From Paraspadella gotoi (taxonomy: Eukaryota > Animalia > Chaetognatha): a stretch of DNA of 64,000 nucleotides. Shown in pieces: positions 1 to 12,356 of this stretch. The position numbers and the translations under genes are program-made. Below the pieces are notes generated by a model, which was given only the letters and a program-made list of their open reading frames with translations, searched no databases and was not told the DNA's origin. Location of the stretch: positions 12,203,866 to 12,267,865 of the forward strand of contig CM119265.1 of assembly GCA_051294375.1 (NCBI GenBank). The letters run 5' to 3'. Position 1 is the first letter of the stretch, and every line of letters begins with the position of its first letter.

Positions 1-951
1 AGAGAGAGAGTGAGAGACAGAGTCGACCATTCGGTGTCATCTATAATCTAGCCCTCATGTTCGTGCCCAGTGCGCTGCGACAGTGCCTCCTCAGCCTCGC
101 TCGTTAAGGGGACCCCCGTCCGTAATTAAGGGGACCCCCGATCCAATATTAGGGAAGAGAGAGAGAGACGATCCTTAAATCGAGCGTTTCAAATCTTTCG
201 TGCTAGCCACGAGTCTCGAAACTCACCCTAAACTCACCTTCAAACAATGTCTGTCCTTCAAATAAATTCCGAAAAAACTTGCCCGACCAGATTGTCAGAT
301 ATTGTCTTAAAATCGTTTTTTTTTATTATTATTTTTTTTTTCAAAGACTTTAAACGCCTAAAAAATAAACCCCTCTTATTTTCTAACTTTCTTGACAGAT
401 CTTGAAACGACGTTACTCCACTGAAAACCTCAACGCAATCAGCGAGACCTCGCGGAATTTCGAGATCTCCCTCCCTTAGCCATTCCGTCCTGACTGTTCC
501 GCGCTAACTCACTCCTTTTCTTTCCTCACCTCTCGCGCACTCTCTCTCCCTGTCACACTAACCTTACCTTCTCACTCTCCATAGACGCCGCTTTCTCGCC
601 ACGCCCACTCCGCGCGCGCGCTTCGACGCCGATTTTGTTTTCGATTCTTCCCAACAGCCGAGGGCGAAACGTAAGGCGAGAAAAACGCCGCCGTCGACGA
701 CGCCGCCGTATTCCCCGTCGCCGGAGACGTTGCGGCACGCCCTCTTCCGCGACCACCTCGACGGGATCCTCGGTCGCGGACGATCGATTCCGGCGGCGCC
801 CCGCCGATCCCACTTCCTCCCTCTCCACCCTATCGATCCCTCTCCTCCTTCTCCTCATTCTACTCGCCCCTCTCTCGATCCTCCGCCCCTCGTCTCTCAA
901 CCTCCACGCCCAGCCGCTCCTCGTCCCCGTCCCCGTCTCCTCGCCGGCGCC

Positions 952-2954
952 ATGTCGTGGTTTCCCAAAGACATCTTCTCCATCTTCAGCGAGAACGACT
1001 TTCTCGACGACGGGACGGACCGCGCCCACCGGATCTACTTTCCGCTCTTTCTTTTAGCTTCGTGCACCGTGCTGGGGATCAAGCAGTTCGCAGGGGATCC
1101 CATAGACGTGAGGATGAGGGACAAAAAGGGGGGCGAGGGGGAATTTTAGTGGGTGGCGAAAGGGCCGAAATAATGTTCAGTTTTAACTGTGTGTGTTCAC
1201 TGTTCAGTGAAAAATCAAAAATTTACAAATCACATGGGGGTAAATAATTATCTGTCTCGACCCTAAAAATAGAATCATGATTCATATAAAATCGATTTCG
1301 CTCGATTTAATCTAAAAAAAACTATCAAAAATATTATTAACTGCTCCCTTAGTGCTACACGGACGTCTCGCAAAAGGACTACGTTGACAATTACTGTTGG
1401 ACCGCGTCAACGTATCAACTTCTGAAAACGGACTACGATGTATTTCGTCTTCCCGTCAATACCGACGTCTATTTACCGGGTAAGCTTTTTAAGAGAAGGG
1501 AGTGGCTACAAAAAGTATCATTCATGGAAAGATATAGACATTGAAATTCCACGTGTTCATTTTTCAATTTATTTTCTACTTCTTTCATTTCTTGTTTTCT
1601 TAATTGTCGCTACGTCAATTCTTATAAAAAGGATTCAAAACTTACAAGGAAGTAAAAAGCATTGACGGAAAGACTCATTTGTTGCCAGGTGAGACTTAAA
1701 AGTGATATTCAAATTCTTACTTGTACTACAAAAGCAGTTGTTTTAAAAATTCATTCATTAAATTTAAAATAAAATTCTCATTATTTATCTTTTTAATGCG
1801 TAAGTAGCGACTCTCACCGAAGGTAAGTTGATTTAAACCGACGAGAAGAGAGAACGTTTCATGTCTATTGACTGACTTTTACTAAATCGATACATCTTCT
1901 CTATTCTTTTTTTCCACGACTTTCTAAAGGCAAGGAACACTTGATTCCGGGTAAAATACATTCAAATGAAAATCTCAAAACGAAATTAACATTAATACAT
2001 ACCTAACATATTATAGAACCGTTAGGACTTACTCTAAAACCGTTATTCAGGATATACATCATTTTCCTTGTTTTGGCTTTCTTTTCCTTTTCCTTTGTAA
2101 AATTCTTTTATCACGTCCTGTTCTGTCGTTTATGCTATCCGACCCGCTATACTTTAGGCAAGGAAGCTTTGATCTCTGGTAAGTTCGGTAAGTTGTTAAA
2201 CTATCAGTTATATCAAAAAACTTGTTCTTAAAACTCACCTTTTCTTCCAACCCCGCAATTTTTTTTTTTATGCTTGCCAGGCAAGGAACATTTACTTACT
2301 GGTAAATATGGTTTAAAACACATTTTTTTCTGAGATTAGACTTGGATATTAAATTCATATAAAGCTTCAGCTTAAAAAACGTCGTCATTCTCAAGAATTG
2401 AGAATGTACTGAGATTGATCGCTTTGACGATGCATTGCATAATGACAACAACAAAAAATCCGAAATGCTCTCCTACTTATCTACTACTCAACTTAACATA
2501 CTCATCTTTCCATTCCGCCCTTTTTTGCCCAGTTTTTCTCTTTTGCTTTCAAAATTTAATATCCAGATTTATAAAACCATCTCTAACAACTCGAACCGAC
2601 CAATTCTGAAAACCCTCGCCACGCCCCCGAACCCACCCCCCCCCCCCACCCCAACGTCCCCTCTCAACCAGACCGGACCTTCTCCAACTCGGCCGCCGCG
2701 GATTCCATCCTCGACGGAGAGAAGGTCTTCGTGTCCTACTACCAGTGGGTCCCGATCTTGGTGGCGATCCAAGCCGTTCTCTTCCACGCCCCTTACGTCG
2801 TCTGGTGGACCTTCTCGAAACGGGGCGGCTTGCATCTCCCGCATCTGATGTACGGTGAGTGTCCGGTTTCTTTTCAGGTGTATTGGATTTTTGGTGAGGA
2901 AAGTATTTTTTGATCCTGCAATAGATTATTGAATGACCTTGAATTTTGTAATTT

Positions 2955-2986
<32 letters not shown>

Positions 2987-3276
2987 TCCTTCTTTTGTAA
3001 TACTTACTTTTTCTGTCCTTACCCTTTCCTTACCATTTCCATCCCCAGGCTCATACTGTCTGGCCAAAGTCCAAACGAATCCCATAGCGCGCGACACTCA
3101 GAAGAAGGATGCGGCCTACCTGCTGGATCTCTACTTTCAGGACAACTTGAGGGCACCTGCTCCCAGGGGGTTGAGACGGATCATCCCCCGCAAGATGCAT
3201 CTCACTCTGCTCTATTTCTTCGTCAAATTACTGTTAGTAGTGGGACATGCTCTCTCTCTCTTTCTCTCTCTTTCTT

Positions 3277-3337
<61 letters not shown>

Positions 3338-4673
3338 TTCTTTTTCCCGACTAACTTTGACTTTTCTTTATTCAGTTACATCGCAAACGTCATCTTTCAA
3401 CTGGGATGCTTGCATTCCTTTCTTCAAGTCAACATCCTTTCCTACGCACTGGACGTTGTAAAGACTGTCATTTTTGGCCAGGTGTGTAAATCATTGATTA
3501 AAATTCATTCTGTGTTATAAAAGTTTATAGAGTATTTATTTGGAAGTCAAAAGTCGTCGATGTTCAGATTGATAATTATGTTTATTTTAAAAAAATATTT
3601 TTCCATTTTTTTTTTATTGATTGGTTGACAGATTGTTGAAATTATTTCGTACACCTGATACGTTAATGAACGGCTTAGTAATCAGCCTTAAAATTATTTA
3701 CTGAATTACTTACCAATATTTTCCCACCCGACAGAAATGGCTGATGTCGCCACGTTTTCCGATCCGAACTTTGTGCGAATTCCGCGGATCGCCTCAAGTT
3801 AGTTTCACTGTTAAATACGTATTCTTTCATGAATATCTAAATGGTGAGCAGGGATTAGGAAGCTCAGCTTTGTGGGTTAGGTTGATAAAATGAAGATAAC
3901 CCGATTAACAGAATATTGCTTAAGTTTCCCCACGCTATCACTTTGCACGCTCGCCTCTCGGCACTCAGGTTCACGGGTACTTGCTGCCGCACACCTGCCA
4001 CTGCGTTCTGCCCATCAATCTGTATAACGACAAGTTCTACGCGGTCATGGTGATCATGATGTTGATTCTCCTCCTCGGAACCTTCTTCAGCATCTTCGTC
4101 TGGGCCGGCAGGTTGGCAGGCGGCGATATTGTCTTTTATTGTTTTTAATTACTAAGTGATTGATCATTTTAATCGTGTTTTTTGTTTTATTTACAGATTG
4201 TTTTACAAGGGAACAGCTAATTCGTTGATTAAGGAATTGGTCACAGAAAAGGACGAAAGCTACGTAAATGGGTAAATCATAAGAGGCATATTAGGCAAAG
4301 ATGCACCAGTAAAAAACTTCCTTTCCACCTCTTCATTCGCCCCCCCCCCACTCCTCTTTTCCTCTTCAGCTTCATCAACCAGTATCTCCGATCTGACGGA
4401 CTCTTCGTCCTCAATCTCATCTACAAGAACGTGGGAAGCGGCACGGGCAAAGAGATCGCCTCCAGTCTCTACGAGAAATACAAGGCGGCCATGGCCTGCG
4501 ACTCTTCCTCCGAGGACAGCATCGAGAAGCAGCCGATGCTGCCGTCGCCCAAACCCGCCATCAACAACAAGCAGCTGCGGTGCAACAACTGCGGCAACCC
4601 CTGGTCGGCCAAGGACGAGGGCAAGACCTGCTCCAAGTGCAAGTCCATCCTCAAGTCGATGACGCCCGTGTGA
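952..4673 (+). CDS. Innexin (gap junction/hemichannel protein), about 14 exons
   Basis: Exons 952-1107, 1353-1479, [1632-1688, 1805/1808-1822, 1930-1950, 2158-2178, 2281-2301], 2672-2854, 3049-3232, 3376-3481, 3735-3797, 3969-4111, 4197-4271, 4370-4673, all GT-AG and phase-consistent. Innexin hallmarks: DDGTDR..KQFAGDPIDC, YVDNYCW, SYYQWVP..QAVLFHAP, KLLYIANVIFQL, FPIRTLCEF, CVLPINLYNDKFY, FINQYLRSDGLFVLNLI..N. Confidence 0.95.
1632..2301 (+). other. Cluster of five symmetric phase-1 small exons/microexons (57, 18/15, 21, 21, 21 nt) in innexin extracellular loop 1
   Basis: Each is flanked by AG and GTRAG/GTAAA, has length divisible by 3, is open in frame; three start GCAAGGAA and encode GKEHLIP, GKEALIS, GKEHLLT; the 57-nt exon ends GKTHLLP. 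Confidence 0.8.
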
Positions 4674-6499
4674 ACGGGAGGAAATGGTGGTGGGGGGAAC
4701 AAATGGGTGGGTGGGGGTGTCTCGCGAGAGAACGCGAGCGTTGTTGGCGGCGGCCGCCGTTGGGCGTGGACGGACTTATTTTTACATGCGCCTCTCTCTC
4801 TCTCTCTCTCTCTCGTCTCTCTCTCTCTCTCTCTCCTCTCTCTCTCCTCTCTCTCTCTTCTCTTCTCTCTTCTCTCTCTCTCTCTCTCTCCTCCTTTGTT
4901 TGTTTGTTGAGTCGTTTTGAATGCGTGAGATTTCGGTCGCTCTTCGACATTTTGGCTCGGGTGTTCGCACGACGGGTTATGACTCAAAATGAAGAAGTTA
5001 AGTAAAAAAGATTAATGCCATTAAAAAAAAACGGCGGGACTTTTTCATTTGCAATTTGAAAATTTCCTTTCGGAAATGCCATTGTCATTGCCAATGGCGG
5101 CCCTCGAGCTCCTCTGTCGCTTTTCCAAAACTCTGAAAAAAAAGTATCGAAAAGCCAAATCGTGCGAACATCGGAATTAAAATGTTTTGATGCAAAGAAA
5201 GCTTTGTTAATGTTGAACGGATTTAGAGTCTTCGGCTCTAAAACTTTGTAAGAGACTTGTTCTTTTTGTTACATGGAGCATTCCAATCCAAAAAAAAATT
5301 AAGTTTTGAATCTAAAAAAGATTTAGCGGAGATTCGGCGAAATTGACTGTGAAATTGAAAATTGTTGTTTTTCTGCTGCTCAAAGTCAAAGAGGCATTTA
5401 AAAAGAGTTTTTATCTGTCACCAAAAAAAAAACAGAAGAAGAAAAAACTAGTGTTTCATAGTCGGGCATCGCCTCCGAAGATGCTGTGCATTTTTCGTAC
5501 GTTCACATATTATGTTTGCTTGTTTGTACATTGTACATTCTAAGGGTCTGTTAGATAGACGGAAAAATCGACAGCGAAAAAGCGTCTCATTAAGTCGCGT
5601 CTTGGCGCGACTACTAAAAAAAGGTATCAATGTCCGTGCGTCATATTTAGCGTAGAAGTGTTAAGAAAATCCCTGGCATTATCGATGACAATGTTTAGCT
5701 TCTTTTTTTTTAAGTATGCATGTATGGAAATTCAATACCTTGCTGTCCTAATACTAGATCCGTTGATTCTGCAAAAAAAAACATAAAAAAGCCTCTTACG
5801 GCATAAAAACGGCTTTTTTAACCTATTATTTACTTTCTTCCACTTATAAACCGCCTAAGAGTCAAAAAGAATACGAAACCATATTATTTTTCGTCGTTTT
5901 TATGTCCCGCTAATTTTTTTTTCTCAATAGTGTTTGATATTACACGTATGGTAGTATCGAGATATCACAGTAGTCCGACGTTTATTAGATAATAAACGTT
6001 GTAGACGTTCACCTTTTCATTTTTACCATGGCAAAAAAAAATCGTTACCTTCAATCTCAAAATATCAAAACCATTTATCGTGATTCATTATTGCATCAAA
6101 TGAGTCTTTTCTTTTTAATTCGTTGAAAGCTTAAGAGTAGTTTACTTGGATCTGGAGATCGATTCGGCGTTTTGACTAGATAGCTATTTGCTAAAGATAG
6201 AACTATCCAAAATGCTGGAAACAAGTTGTTGTACTATTAAATGCAGACTGCAGGGTCGTTGTTTGCCCCCACTATTTTCGCGGTATAAATTCTAGTTGTT
6301 ATGGAAGATCATTTCCAATAGGCAAAGTAAATAAAGGAGTCAATATTATTTAAAATTTTATATATTATCCGAGTAAGAATGTAAGCGTTTCAATTTTCCT
6401 TAAATCCCCACAACTTTTCCCTCTTCGATCCTGTTCAGCATCAACTCGTCTTTCCCCTCCACCATCCCCTTCCCCATCAATTTCCCCATCCCCATCCTC

Positions 6500-9400
6500 T
6501 CAAGGTCCCTTCGGTCCGTTGTCCCCCTGTCGTCCGGGCACGCCCCGAGGCCCCCTCGGACCCCGAGGCCCCATGGGTCCGATGTCTCCTTCGGGACCAG
6601 GAGGGCCGTTATAACCCCGCGGCCCTATGTCGTATTCGATTCGCGGAAACATGGGCGGCATGGGGGGCATGGGCGGCATGGGCGGAAACGGCGACATCGG
6701 CGGCATGGGAGGCCTCATGGGCAGAGGTGGCCGCATGGGTGGCCTACCGGGTCCTGAGGAAGAATAGAACAGAGAGAAAGGGAAGCGGTGATTGGTGATT
6801 ACATATAGGAAAGAAAAAAGACAGGACTCGTTAGCGAATAACGTAGATGCACATGCGCCGTGCGGGCGTAAAACTTGCATGTAGCATGCACGGAGCGTGA
6901 GCGGCTCTCGCTCCTTCATGCTATGGATGGCTCCACCTGGCATCCTTTGGACAAAGGAGTGAGGAAAGGATAGAGAAGGGAGGAAAAAGGAGGAAAAAGG
7001 AGAAAGAGAAAAAAGGTAAGGCCCAAAAGAAAGCATATAGAATTCTTGGATTACTTGATTGGAGAAAAGAAAAGCCCCGAAGAGACAGTTCCGCATTAAA
7101 GAGAGAGGGAGAGAGAGAGAGAGGAGAGAGAGAGGAGAAGAGAGAAGAGAGAGAGAGGAGAAGAGAGAGAAAGAGAGAGAGCGAGTGTCTGGCACCAACC
7201 TCCGCCAGCCAATCCCAAGGCCGAATCCGAGTCAAAGTTTCCTCGGTTGTCGGGAGTGGGGCTGGAGGTGGTTAAGGGAGTCGGGGTTCTGTGGGGACCA
7301 AGTCTCCCTTGTCGGTCGACTCGTTGGGGGCGTGGGTGGAGGGGGGCGCCAGGGTCGAGGCGTCGACGGCCGTGTTGGTCCGCGGCGTCGACGCCGTCAA
7401 CCAATCGGGCACATACTCGTAGGCGGAGGTGGTCTGGCCAAAGAACTGGGAACCGGAGCCCAGAAGCCCGATGAAGCCACCCATAGCCATTGGCAAGAGT
7501 CTGTGGTCCTCTGGCACCGACTCTTGGTATTACAAAGTGGAGGAAAAAGACCAGAAGAAGACAAAAACAGAAAGCTAAGCTTTAAGGAATTGAGAAATGA
7601 ATAATCTACGCATTGGGCTAAATTACTTCAGATCTAATTAAATTCTGGAATAAATTTAAATAATTCTGAATAATTTTGTGAGAAATGTTATCGAAATCAC
7701 AACTTTCGGCTAGACTCATTATCGTGAACCGAACGGAGTAATCGTCTGAAAAAATTATTTGAATAATTTGAGATGCGATTCGAAAGCGTAAGTGTTACAC
7801 CGCTTCATGTTGACTTTCTCGTAGGACAGAGGAGCATGAGTTAAATTTGTTTACCTGGTCGCTGAGGCCCAGAAGGAATGGAGTTTGTGCCCTGATTCCC
7901 AGGCTGAATTTGTCTCCTGAAAAATTTAAATTGATCGCTTTTTTTAAAACTTATTAAAATCATTTTAGAAAAATAAAAGAGTTTTTCTTACTTGCGATAG
8001 AAGTCGTCTCACGCTCAAAAAAAGTCATCCAGCCGGTTTAATAAAATTATCAAATTAAATTTAAAACTGTCTTATTAAAAAACTGTGTTGTACTTCAAAA
8101 ATCTAAACCGATGACAATTTTTAATTGCGACGACAGAGTTTAAGAACAGTTAAAAATATTGCTTGTTAGCGTGCACAAATTTAACTAAAATTTTCGAAAC
8201 AAAACTGTGGCGGACAAGTCGCCTTTTATTGTAAAATAAATAAATTAAGTGAAAATTACGTCATCAGCTTAGTTTGATTTGAACTATACACCACAGTTTC
8301 TTTTTAACGATAAAAAAAAAAGAATTTGAGTTAACTCATATGATTCTATTATTAGAATTATTACGTTTACAAGGAAATCATTGATAAACATAATAGTCAT
8401 AAATTACAATTTATAAAGGGCGAAAAACATCGGCTAAATTTCAGACGAGGCGTGATCACGGTCCCGGAGGCCCGTTGTCTCCTTGCTTTCCTGGCACCCC
8501 ACGGGGACCTCGAACCCCGCGCGGCCCGATAGGCCCGATCGAGCCCACCGGGCCGGGAGGGCCCGGAAATCCTATGGCCCCGTTCTCAAACTGATACTGG
8601 GGCTGCATGAAGTTCATAGTGGGCATCATAGGCATCATAGGGCTGTGAAATGAGAAGGGGGGGTTGGTTTGAAGAAAATCCATTGGATGCACGAGATCAG
8701 ACGTGATCGCAATTTAACGATTAAATCATCCGGTGAAAAAAATCCCACAAAAAAAAAGTGACGATAATACTGTAGTAATCGCTAAAGTGGCTAAATATTT
8801 CTTATCGATACTATAACAGAATTTGAACCATTTATTTCGCAAAACACTCGAAAGTCACGTAGTTTATAAACGAAACTTACCCTTGAGGCCTTCCGCCAAC
8901 TCCTTGTTGTCTTTGAAAGCCATTCATCATTCCCCATTGCCTCTTTTGTCTAATGGCACCCTCAGATCTGCGTCAAGTTTGTTGTTTTGTTTGTTTTTTT
9001 TTTGTTTTTTTTTTGAAATCGAAAAAGACGCGCGCATATTAAATATACGTATGTATATCACAAGTTTAGGTCCATAATAACGTTATTTTCCTCAGTGAGA
9101 AATCCGAAAATATCTTTCATCAATTGCTAATTTGCTTTATAGTACTTAATTTGGCACGCTAACAAGTATTTGTGAACAAAACACATTCACCTTCTAAAGT
9201 CTAAATTATGTCTTTTTACAGTAGTTTCTTGAGTAAATGAAATTGAATGTCGCCTCCGGTATTGCGAAAATGCTAACTTACCCTCCGCCAATCATTTGGG
9301 CACTCATTTGATTTTGAGCCGGTTGGTATTGGTTCCACCATCTTCGTGTCCGGTTGAGTACGACCCTGAATTTTGGATAAAAAATTAAGATTAATTGATG

Positions 9401-10133
9401 TAAAAACAAACAAAGAGTTCTTGTGTTAAAATGGATGTAATACTTACGCTTCTGATGGATTTGCGGGATTAAGAGATGAGAGAACGTGGTTCACCATGAA
9501 CTCCTCATCTAATCAAAAAAGGATTTAAAATCAAGATCGAGTAAATACATAATAAATTTTACCGTTTTGATGATAATTTAGCTTACTTTAATATTATATT
9601 TATCGCTTAAAATTCGCCAACATTTACTTGATTGGGGGCAAAATTCTACTTTGCAACTTTGAGGGCACATGTAATTCATGTAGAAGGGATTCGATTCGCA
9701 TTCTCCCCGCCAGGCGAACTTCGCACACTCTTTGTCTTGATCGAAGCAGTCTGGGAGCGAAAGAAAAACAGAAGAACACTCGATGAGAAAGGCGCACTTT
9801 GGTTTGGATCGAGAAAGAAAGTTTTAAAAAATATATGAATGGATAATCTTTATATTGGTTGTACCAATTTCATATAAAAATAAAAATTTTAATTTAAAAT
9901 TAATCCGCTAAAAAGAAATAAGTACCAAAATGCAAACAAAAAAAATTATTTCTTTGCCATCGTATTAGACTTTTCTTATCAATAAAAAATCCCCCAAAAA
10001 ATTCACCTGGCCCGTTTGCCTGTTGACCCGTGGGAAATCCGAAATCCGCCGGAAGCCCTTGCTTCTGCGCATCGGCGCTGAAGAAAAGTCCCGCCAAACA
10101 AAAGACGACTGTCCCTGAAATCGAGTCTAACAT
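6500..10133 (-). CDS. Secreted ShKT-domain protein with furin sites, Pro/Met-rich linker and short C-terminal Gly-X-Y collagen tail; two alternative 3' ends
   Basis: Exons 10133-10007 (signal-peptide-like [23 protein letters not shown]), 9750-9628 (ShKT), 9508-9448, 9365-9282 (RTRR), 8967-8881 (RQKR), then either 8642-8456 (collagen A, stop) or 7916-7855, ~7523-7199, 6753-6500 (collagen B, stop). Phases match along both routes; the ~7523-7199 exon needs a 1-nt correction near 7285. Confidence 0.75.
9628..9750 (-). other. ShKT (ShK toxin-like) six-cysteine domain exon, phase 1-1
   Basis: Translates [41 protein letters not shown], matching the ShKT pattern C.D....C..w...g.C..np.ym...Cp.sC..C. 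Confidence 0.9.
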
Positions 10134-11188
10134 TTTCGCCGATTCTTTCGTCCGGGGATTTTTTTTTTATCCAAAACCGAGAAACGCCGAGAAAAAATCC
10201 CTAATTTTCCTTTTATACTCCTTTTCTTTTCGGAAAAAAAAAGAATAAAAAAAGGGAACGGAGTCCTTCATTAAAAAGTAGTTCGTTTCGCAATAAATAA
10301 GAGGATTTTCGTCAAGAGTCAGAGATTACGTTTCGACGCGATTGTGACGATATTTTTTTGTTTTTAAATATTTATGTGTAACAACGAGCTGAGGAGATTC
10401 TAGTCTCTATCTAATTTAACCACTTTTCTATATGACTGATAGTTCAATTAATTTTCTCGTCAATTCATTTTTTTATTTTTTTTAAGGGATAATTTTGAAT
10501 GTTTCCGCGATTCCTTCACGATTTTGGCGGTAAATCGCTTTGCTTCCGACGAACGCAAGCGGAGAGTCAGTAATCGGCTTCTGAGGAAGAATTGAATACA
10601 ATCACTGACACCAATTTGAGTTACATTTGCTCGTGTTGAAGTGCGTGTATTTATATCTTGTAAAAATACACTAAACCATTTGTTTTCTACTCGAGTTTTA
10701 GCGATACTTCAAATCACGGATGCCCGACAAACTGACTTGTGATCTTTATTTTAATTTGACAATCGGAAAATGTTTTAGAGGTACTTGCTGTAAATGCTGC
10801 AGAATAGTAACTTCATCATCACATCAGTCTTCGTGATTTTAGTTGATGTCATCGACTGGATGTTTATAATCTTGATCAATAGAAACGAAAATCTACGTTA
10901 GACGTTTGTTACGCCCCGTCGTCGTCATCAACCCATCCGCCCCAGAAAAGACTGTTTAAAGAGAGAGGGAGGGAAAGAGACAGAGAGAGAGACATGGCTT
11001 CATATCGCAGCAGCACGAGATATACACATAGAGCAAAGCCGTTCTAACCACCGAGGCGGGTCCGCCTCTCGCCTCAGGACCCAAAATCGTTGGGGAGAGT
11101 AACCGTGGTGTCGAGGAAGAAAAGGTGACTCCGTTAGGAACGGAAACCAATTCGGCCTTTTGTAGATCTCAATTCTTGTAGAGCCATT

Positions 11189-11319
<131 letters not shown>

Positions 11320-11922
11320 CCTCGTTTCACACACGGTTTTCCCTGTTTTATTTCCGCTAATGTTTTGTTTTATTTGGGTTTATTTCGCAGGAATATGGGA
11401 GCCTAAGAAACTTTGAATTCACAGTTAGATCCATTAATTTTTTTTTATTTCAAATTATTAATTCGTGAAAAATACGCAGAGTGAATGCATAACGAGGAAA
11501 CTTTCATTCAAGATCTAATCTATTTTATGGATAGAAAGAACTTTTGTGAATTACAAAATCTATTTTGATTTAACTCCCGCCGAATTCTTTTGTTTTTTTG
11601 CGAATTTTGAAAAGCTCCATCTTCCTTTTTTTTCGTTATGTAAATTTTGATCACGAGAATCGAAAAAAAAATTGTAATAAGAATAATCAAATTCAATTGT
11701 CGCTGGATTCTAACGTCATCATTGAGATCATTATTACATAGAGTTTTGACTGGAATCATCTCCAAAATCCATCCCTGCACTCATCACCGGAATCGCTTTC
11801 CAGAATCGAGAACGGACTAAATTTATTTCCCTTTCCGCTCTACGTATTTTTTCTTCCTTCTATTTTTTAATTTGACGTGACGTCACCCAAACGGAAACGA
11901 AAGGGGGATGTGAGAGAGAGAG

Positions 11923-12004
<82 letters not shown>

Positions 12005-12264
12005 TGAGAGAGGATTTTCATTCCTCCTTTCACTGGCCGTTGCCGTAAAAATGTCGGTGTAACCGCGAAGGCAGGATTTCGCATGAATAACTCCATCTAT
12101 CCCGCCGACTGCGGCGTCTACCATTGGAACGACGATGACAACCCTGGTGGCGACGATGACGACGACGACGACGACCGCACGACGACGAGATAGACGACGA
12201 CGACGACGACTACGACAACCTTGGTAGATGGTATACGGGGGCCCATGAAGAAAACGCGTATATT

Positions 12265-12356
<92 letters not shown>

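Noticed and set aside
553-1057. Arg-rich ORFs 553-1029 (-) and 635-1057 (+)
   Set aside because: GC-rich 5' leader and off-frame or antisense readings of innexin exon 1.
6500-10133. Calling the collagen gene a true cnidarian minicollagen
   Set aside because: Lacks the paired N- and C-terminal minicollagen Cys-rich domains; has an ShKT domain and ends at the Gly-X-Y stretch.
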